The notes below the pieces were generated by a model. The model was not told the DNA's origin. It saw nothing but the letters and a program-made list of their open reading frames with translations, and did not search any database. A program made the position numbers and the translations under genes. A stretch of 64,000 nucleotides of DNA from an uncultured Aliarcobacter sp. (GTDB taxonomy: Bacteria; Campylobacterota; Campylobacteria; Campylobacterales; Arcobacteraceae), in NCBI GenBank assembly GCA_963664305.2, contig CAXXLV010000001.1:512001-576000 (forward strand), written 5' to 3'. Shown in pieces: positions 59,421 through 64,000 of this stretch; the first letter of the stretch is position 1; every line of letters starts with the position of its first letter.

Positions 59421-60404
59421 TTATTTACCTAAATATTTAAACCAATCTTTTGTTGCGGCTTGAATTGATGTTTCATTCCAGATTGGAGCTTCTCTCCACA
59501 TTTCAATATTTTCTAGCATGATTTTTACGCCATCTTCAAAAGAAACTTTTGGATACCAATTTAATAACTCTTTTATTTTAGTAATATCCGCAAATGTACA
59601 ATCAGGCTCACCTGGTCTTTTTGGGATATATACCTTTTCTCCACCTAAAAGTTCAACTAAATAATTTATACTATAAGTATTATCACTTCCAACATTAAAA
59701 ATTTCATTACTAATATTAGATTTTGCAGCAGTATAACATGCATCCACAACATCCGTAACAAAAGTAAAATCTCTTGTTTGTTCTCCATCACCAACAATTG
59801 TTAATGGCTTATTATTTAATAATTGAGCTAAAAATACTCCAAAAACTGCTCCATATGTTCCACTTGTTCGGTGTCTTAATCCATATACATTAAAAAATCT
59901 CATTGAAACTACAGGTATTTTATAAATTTGTCCCCAATGTAAAACATACTCTTCTCCAATTCTTTTTGTATGAGCATATGGATATTCAGGTTTTATTGGT
60001 GAGTTTTCTGGAGTTGGATAAACTTCAGGTATACCATAACATGAGCTTGAAGCTGCATAAACAAATTTTTTCAAGTTTTTCGATTTTTTACTAGCTTCTA
60101 AAATATTAATTGTTCCATCTACATTTGATTTATGATATAACAAAGGATTATTTATTGAAGGTACAATATCAGCCATTGCTGCAAAATGAAAAACATAATC
60201 AACATCTTCAAAATATTCATCAAAATTAATATTATAATCACTTATATCTGCATGAATAAACTTAACTTTTGAATTAGTATTTATATTTTCAATTCTTCCA
60301 TTAGCTAAATTATCTATAATTGTTACTTCAAAATTCTCTTTTATAAGTAAATCTACCATGTGAGAACCGATAAACCCAGCTCCTCCAGTAACGACAGCTT
60401 TCAT
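59421..60404 (-). CDS. NAD-dependent nucleotide-sugar epimerase/dehydratase (extended SDR)
   Basis: TGGAGFIGSH, AASSSCYG, YAHTK, RFFNVYG, GDGEQTRDF. Confidence 0.93.
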   Translation of the reverse strand: MKAVVTGGAGFIGSHMVDLLIKENFEVTIIDNLANGRIENINTNSKVKFIHADISDYNINFDEYFEDVDYVFHFAAMADIVPSINNPLLYHKSNVDGTINILEASKKSKNLKKFVYAASSSCYGIPEVYPTPENSPIKPEYPYAHTKRIGEEYVLHWGQIYKIPVVSMRFFNVYGLRHRTSGTYGAVFGVFLAQLLNNKPLTIVGDGEQTRDFTFVTDVVDACYTAAKSNISNEIFNVGSDNTYSINYLVELLGGEKVYIPKRPGEPDCTFADITKIKELLNWYPKVSFEDGVKIMLENIEMWREAPIWNETSIQAATKDWFKYLGK

Positions 60405-60413
60405 ATATTTCCT

Positions 60414-61508
60414 TTAAATAAAATTATCATGTAAATTAGGATTTTTTAGTCGCCAAAGATATCTATTTACCTCATCCATTCTACAATTTACTCTACAATC
60501 TTTAATATCTAACTCATTCTTTACAAAATTTAAAGATTTTCTTCTTTTTTCACTTTCCCAAATTTCTTTAAAAGTGCTCTGATTTATATTTCCATAACAA
60601 AATTTTTCATCACTTAAATGAGCGCTGCATCCATAAACATCTCCATTTGCAGAAATGTAACCCCAAAAAAATGGTGTTGAATAACATTTCTCATAAGGTT
60701 GTTTTTTTTCTATGTATTTTTTCATTGTATTAATTCTAAATACAACGTTAAATTTTCCATCTGAAATTTTGTCAAGATCATCTTTTATATCTAACATTTT
60801 ACTATAGTCAATATTCTCATATTTTGTTGTTTCACTATATAAATGTTGAGAATATGGTTTTATTACCAGATAATCAACCCCTATTTCTTTACATTTTTTT
60901 GCTAGAACTACAGCTTCATCTTTATTTTCTGGTAAAAGTAACATTTGTACACCTAAAGTACAATTTAATTTATTTTCTTTTCTATATTCATTTGCATAAA
61001 TTAAATTTTCCATTACTCTTTCAAAATCTTTTTCACTTGTTCTATGAATTTCTGAATAAGTTTTTGCTGTTCCGGCATTTAAACTTACCTTTATCCAAGA
61101 ACAATTTTCCATACATTTTTCTATATTCTTTTTATTTAGAGGAACAAAATTTGTTGTTAAAGAAGTATCTATTCCCACTTTACTACAGTGTTCAACAATA
61201 ATATCTAGATTCTTAAATAATAAAGGCTCACCCTCACCTGCAAACATTACACTTTTTACGCCATTTTGGGCCATATTTGTTAGTGTGTTTTTTAATACTT
61301 CATAATCAAGTGATTTTTTATCATATCCCATATAATCTAAACCACAAAAAGTACATCTATGGTTACAACCACCATAAGGTGATATTTCAACATATATTGG
61401 ATAAATTGATTTTTGCTTTTCCCAATCATCTTTTGATTCCAACCACTTAGAAACTCTAGTTGGATGCAAAATAAGTTTATGGGAATCTATTGAATATTCA
61501 TCAGTCAT
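60414..61508 (-). CDS. Radical SAM protein with SPASM/twitch domain
   Basis: CNHRCTFC, AGEGEPL; C-terminal KCYSTP...GDVYGC...YGNI...CRVNC. Confidence 0.92.
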   Translation of the reverse strand: MTDEYSIDSHKLILHPTRVSKWLESKDDWEKQKSIYPIYVEISPYGGCNHRCTFCGLDYMGYDKKSLDYEVLKNTLTNMAQNGVKSVMFAGEGEPLLFKNLDIIVEHCSKVGIDTSLTTNFVPLNKKNIEKCMENCSWIKVSLNAGTAKTYSEIHRTSEKDFERVMENLIYANEYRKENKLNCTLGVQMLLLPENKDEAVVLAKKCKEIGVDYLVIKPYSQHLYSETTKYENIDYSKMLDIKDDLDKISDGKFNVVFRINTMKKYIEKKQPYEKCYSTPFFWGYISANGDVYGCSAHLSDEKFCYGNINQSTFKEIWESEKRRKSLNFVKNELDIKDCRVNCRMDEVNRYLWRLKNPNLHDNFI

Positions 61509-62952
61509 TTTTTTTACTCTCTACTATATTTAATATTTTTTCTACAAATGTTTTATATGTAAAATTTTTAATAAAAGATTCAAATTTTTCACTATTACAT
61601 TCATTAAATACATTTAATAATTCCTCTTTTGATTTATAATAAATCAAAACATCTTCATAATAAGGAGGATTATCCTTTTCTCGACAATCATATAAAATCG
61701 GTTGACAACCACAAGAAATAGCTTCTAAAACTCTTTGTTGTATTATATAATCTGCATGAGGAGCTAAAGTATATTTAGCACTTGAATAAACATCAACTAA
61801 AGCTTGTCCATAAGATAATTCACCTTTATAATAAGCTTTTGTTTGTGGGTATTCTTCCCATCCCCAACCATAAACTTCAATTTCAAATTTTTTTGATAAT
61901 TCACTTTCACATAACCAAATAACACTAAAATCTCTAACGATATATGGAATTACTTTTTGAACTAAGACATCTTTTGAAATAGTATATCTTTCTAATATTG
62001 AATCGATATAAGAATTATTAAACTTCAAACCTTTTTCAAGATGTTCTTTTAATTCATCTATTAAACTTTTTTCTAAATTATATGGTTTTACAATATTTGC
62101 ATAAGATGAACCGATAAATACAATTTTATTCTCTCTTTTAATATCTTTATTTACTTTAAAAATATTATCATTTATTGCAAAATTTTGTCTTTCATATGGT
62201 ATTTCTTTTCTCTCAAAACATTTATCAAAAAAATATGTCAATGAAAAAAAGTATTCTCTTTCTTTCTTTTGATATTTTTCTTCACTCATTATAAAAGGCA
62301 TTGGATCTTGAAACCATGTGATATTAAAAACTTTGTCATTACAAAAAGGAAATACATTATTTATATTTATTACAATATGTGGATTAAAATTATGATATTC
62401 AACAAGTACTGGTAAAAAATCTTGCATAGATTCAAAATCTGTCTCTTCAATAAATAATTTAACTTCATACTTATCATTTTCTTTTAAAACATCATGAATT
62501 GCTTTAGATACATATTGCATAACTGTAGTATATTTAGTAGTTGGGATGAAAATTCTAAGTTTTTCATCATTAAAATCTGGCTCTAGATTTTTATTTTCTA
62601 CTTTATATAATTGTATTAAATTATTTCTATCATTCTTAGCTATTTTTAATATTTCAACCAATTGATCAGTTAATAGTTTAGCTTCCATTGGATTATCAAA
62701 ATCATCATTATAAACAACAACTTTTGATGGTATTCTATATTTAGTAGTATAAAAAAAGTTATAAAAATTTTCTAAAGGAACATATTTACAATTTTCAGGT
62801 AAATTTTCTATTTCTTCATCTGCATTATAATAACATATTTGCTTGCCAAAAATTGTAGGATGACCTATATTAACAAGCTTATTTTGTTTGGCTTCTTCAA
62901 TCGCATCTGATGCATCAAAGAAATAACTATCATTTCCAAATTGATTTTGCAT
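61501..62952 (-). CDS. CgeB/YkvP-like GT-B glycosyltransferase
   Basis: WFQDP, IVFIGS, VYGWGW, YKGEL, YSSAK, QRVLEAISCG. Confidence 0.75.
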   Translation of the reverse strand: MQNQFGNDSYFFDASDAIEEAKQNKLVNIGHPTIFGKQICYYNADEEIENLPENCKYVPLENFYNFFYTTKYRIPSKVVVYNDDFDNPMEAKLLTDQLVEILKIAKNDRNNLIQLYKVENKNLEPDFNDEKLRIFIPTTKYTTVMQYVSKAIHDVLKENDKYEVKLFIEETDFESMQDFLPVLVEYHNFNPHIVININNVFPFCNDKVFNITWFQDPMPFIMSEEKYQKKEREYFFSLTYFFDKCFERKEIPYERQNFAINDNIFKVNKDIKRENKIVFIGSSYANIVKPYNLEKSLIDELKEHLEKGLKFNNSYIDSILERYTISKDVLVQKVIPYIVRDFSVIWLCESELSKKFEIEVYGWGWEEYPQTKAYYKGELSYGQALVDVYSSAKYTLAPHADYIIQQRVLEAISCGCQPILYDCREKDNPPYYEDVLIYYKSKEELLNVFNECNSEKFESFIKNFTYKTFVEKILNIVESKKND

Positions 62953-62953
62953 G

Positions 62954-63526
62954 TTATCCTTTCATTTTAAAATAGCTAAAAATTAAATGATTTATTATAC
63001 TATGAGCATCTTCAACTAAACCATATTCACCATTTTGTGTCTCAAAATGTAATTTTATATCAGATAATTCTTTTAATTTTCCACCATCAAATCCTGTTAA
63101 ACCTATAATTTTACAATTTTGTTCTTTTGCATATTCAACAGCTTTTATAATATTTGCAGAATTGCCACTACAAGAAATTGCAATAATTATATCTTTTGGA
63201 TTCAATATATTTTTTAATTGCATATAAAAAACATTTTCAAATCCTATATCATTTGAAATTGCATATCCAATAGCAGAATTATCAGATAAAGAAATAACCT
63301 TTAAATTTTTAATCTCTCTAATTTTTAATCCTATTGCTAAATCATTTGCCATATGAGATGCAGTTGCTGAACTCCCACCATTACCAATAATATAAATTGT
63401 AGAATCATTTTCTGCATTTAAAAGGATTTTATAAAAATCATCTAAACTCTCTAAATCCATTTTATTAAGTAATTCATTTAATCTAAAAATATAATCTTTT
63501 GCAAAATTTTTAAATTCCATAATCAA
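62954..63526 (-). CDS. gmhA: SIS-domain phosphosugar isomerase (GmhA-like)
   Basis: IGNGGSSATASH, SNDIGF, ISCSGNS.NI, LTGFDGG, EDAH. Confidence 0.9.
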   Translation of the reverse strand: MIMEFKNFAKDYIFRLNELLNKMDLESLDDFYKILLNAENDSTIYIIGNGGSSATASHMANDLAIGLKIREIKNLKVISLSDNSAIGYAISNDIGFENVFYMQLKNILNPKDIIIAISCSGNSANIIKAVEYAKEQNCKIIGLTGFDGGKLKELSDIKLHFETQNGEYGLVEDAHSIINHLIFSYFKMKG

Positions 63527-63530
63527 ATCC

Positions 63531-64000
63531 TTATAAAGCTAAGTAACACTTAGCTAATTTAAAATCTATCTCTTCATCAATATCTATAGAACTTTTTCTA
63601 TCCATTAAAAAAGCAAAAATATTACTTTTCAAAAAAAAACCTTCATTTTCTAAAAACTTATCTGTTCTACAAATATAAATAGCACCATTAATTCTATAAT
63701 ATTTTTCTAAATCTTGACTTCGTTTATTTAAAACATCATCTCTTAAAAATTTATTCATATTTCCATCTTCTGGTAAAGTATTACTCCAAAGAGGACTATG
63801 TTCCATTTCACATACGCTTACAACTGCATCTGCATTTTTACTTTCAAGTAATTCTATGGCTGCATCTATATGCTTTTCATTACGTAAAGGACTTGTAGCT
63901 TGAAGCAAAACAATATAATCATATTTTTTCATATTATCTATTGTATGCTTAATTGTATCAAAAGTACTAGATGTATCTTCTGCTAATTCATCTGGTCTTT
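63531..64000 (-). CDS. Acylneuraminate cytidylyltransferase (NeuA/PseF/LegF family); 5' end outside window
   Basis: RPDELAEDTS upstream in frame, LLQATSPLR, RSQDL, NGAIY, SIDID...DF. Confidence 0.93.
   Translation of the reverse strand, partial: RPDELAEDTSSTFDTIKHTIDNMKKYDYIVLLQATSPLRNEKHIDAAIELLESKNADAVVSVCEMEHSPLWSNTLPEDGNMNKFLRDDVLNKRSQDLEKYYRINGAIYICRTDKFLENEGFFLKSNIFAFLMDRKSSIDIDEEIDFKLAKCYLAL

Noticed and set aside
309..61201. Many short ORFs in the track that lie antisense to or nested in long genes (e.g. 309-614, 5388-5801, 20615-20971, 29984-30337, 50263-50496, 51579-51812, 60824-61201)
   Set aside because: They are shadows of well-supported genes, with no RBS or recognisable motifs. 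The two antisense ORFs in the flagellins are similar only because the flagellins are duplicated.
52064..64000. Phase-variable poly-G/C tracts as in Campylobacter maf and glycosylation genes
   Set aside because: No long G or C homopolymer was seen. A/T runs of 8-10 nt are expected at this composition and the ORFs are intact.
1..64000. CRISPR array, IS/transposase, prophage, rRNA or tRNA genes
   Set aside because: No regularly spaced repeats, no mobile-element ORFs, and no GC-rich intergenic segment suitable for a stable RNA gene were seen.

Overview
Very AT-rich chromosomal window from a Campylobacterota bacterium, most likely Arcobacteraceae. This is inferred from the 292-aa flagellin pair, the htrA-cprRS-like synteny, hrcA-grpE-dnaK with CIRCE and HAIR-like operators, and many HQWRQP-type histidine kinases. 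Bases 1-49.7 kb are mostly core or semi-core genes: ilvD, htrA plus a two-component system, a scattered cobamide completion cluster (cbiB, cbiP, cobD, cobS, cobU, TIGR00303-type cobT), DASS/TSUP/DsbD/thioredoxin/rhodanese, rimK, psd, mltA, the dnaK operon, a TAXI-TRAP transporter, truA-lptF-pilD-uppS-coaBC-glmU, an ankyrin protein, a SUV3-like helicase and trmA. Bases 49.5-64 kb are the most interesting part. They hold a ~1.3 kb tandem duplication with two flagellins, each behind a sigma70-like promoter and a ~125-nt multi-hairpin leader showing compensatory change between copies. A convergent flagellin-glycosylation locus follows, with maf, a heptose-type activation set, a split and truncated transketolase pair, two radical SAM/SPASM enzymes, an epimerase, a CgeB-like glycosyltransferase and a CMP-nonulosonate synthetase. 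This locus may make an undescribed sugar. No rRNA, tRNA, CRISPR array, integrase or transposase was seen. All family calls come from motif recognition by eye; no database searches were run.
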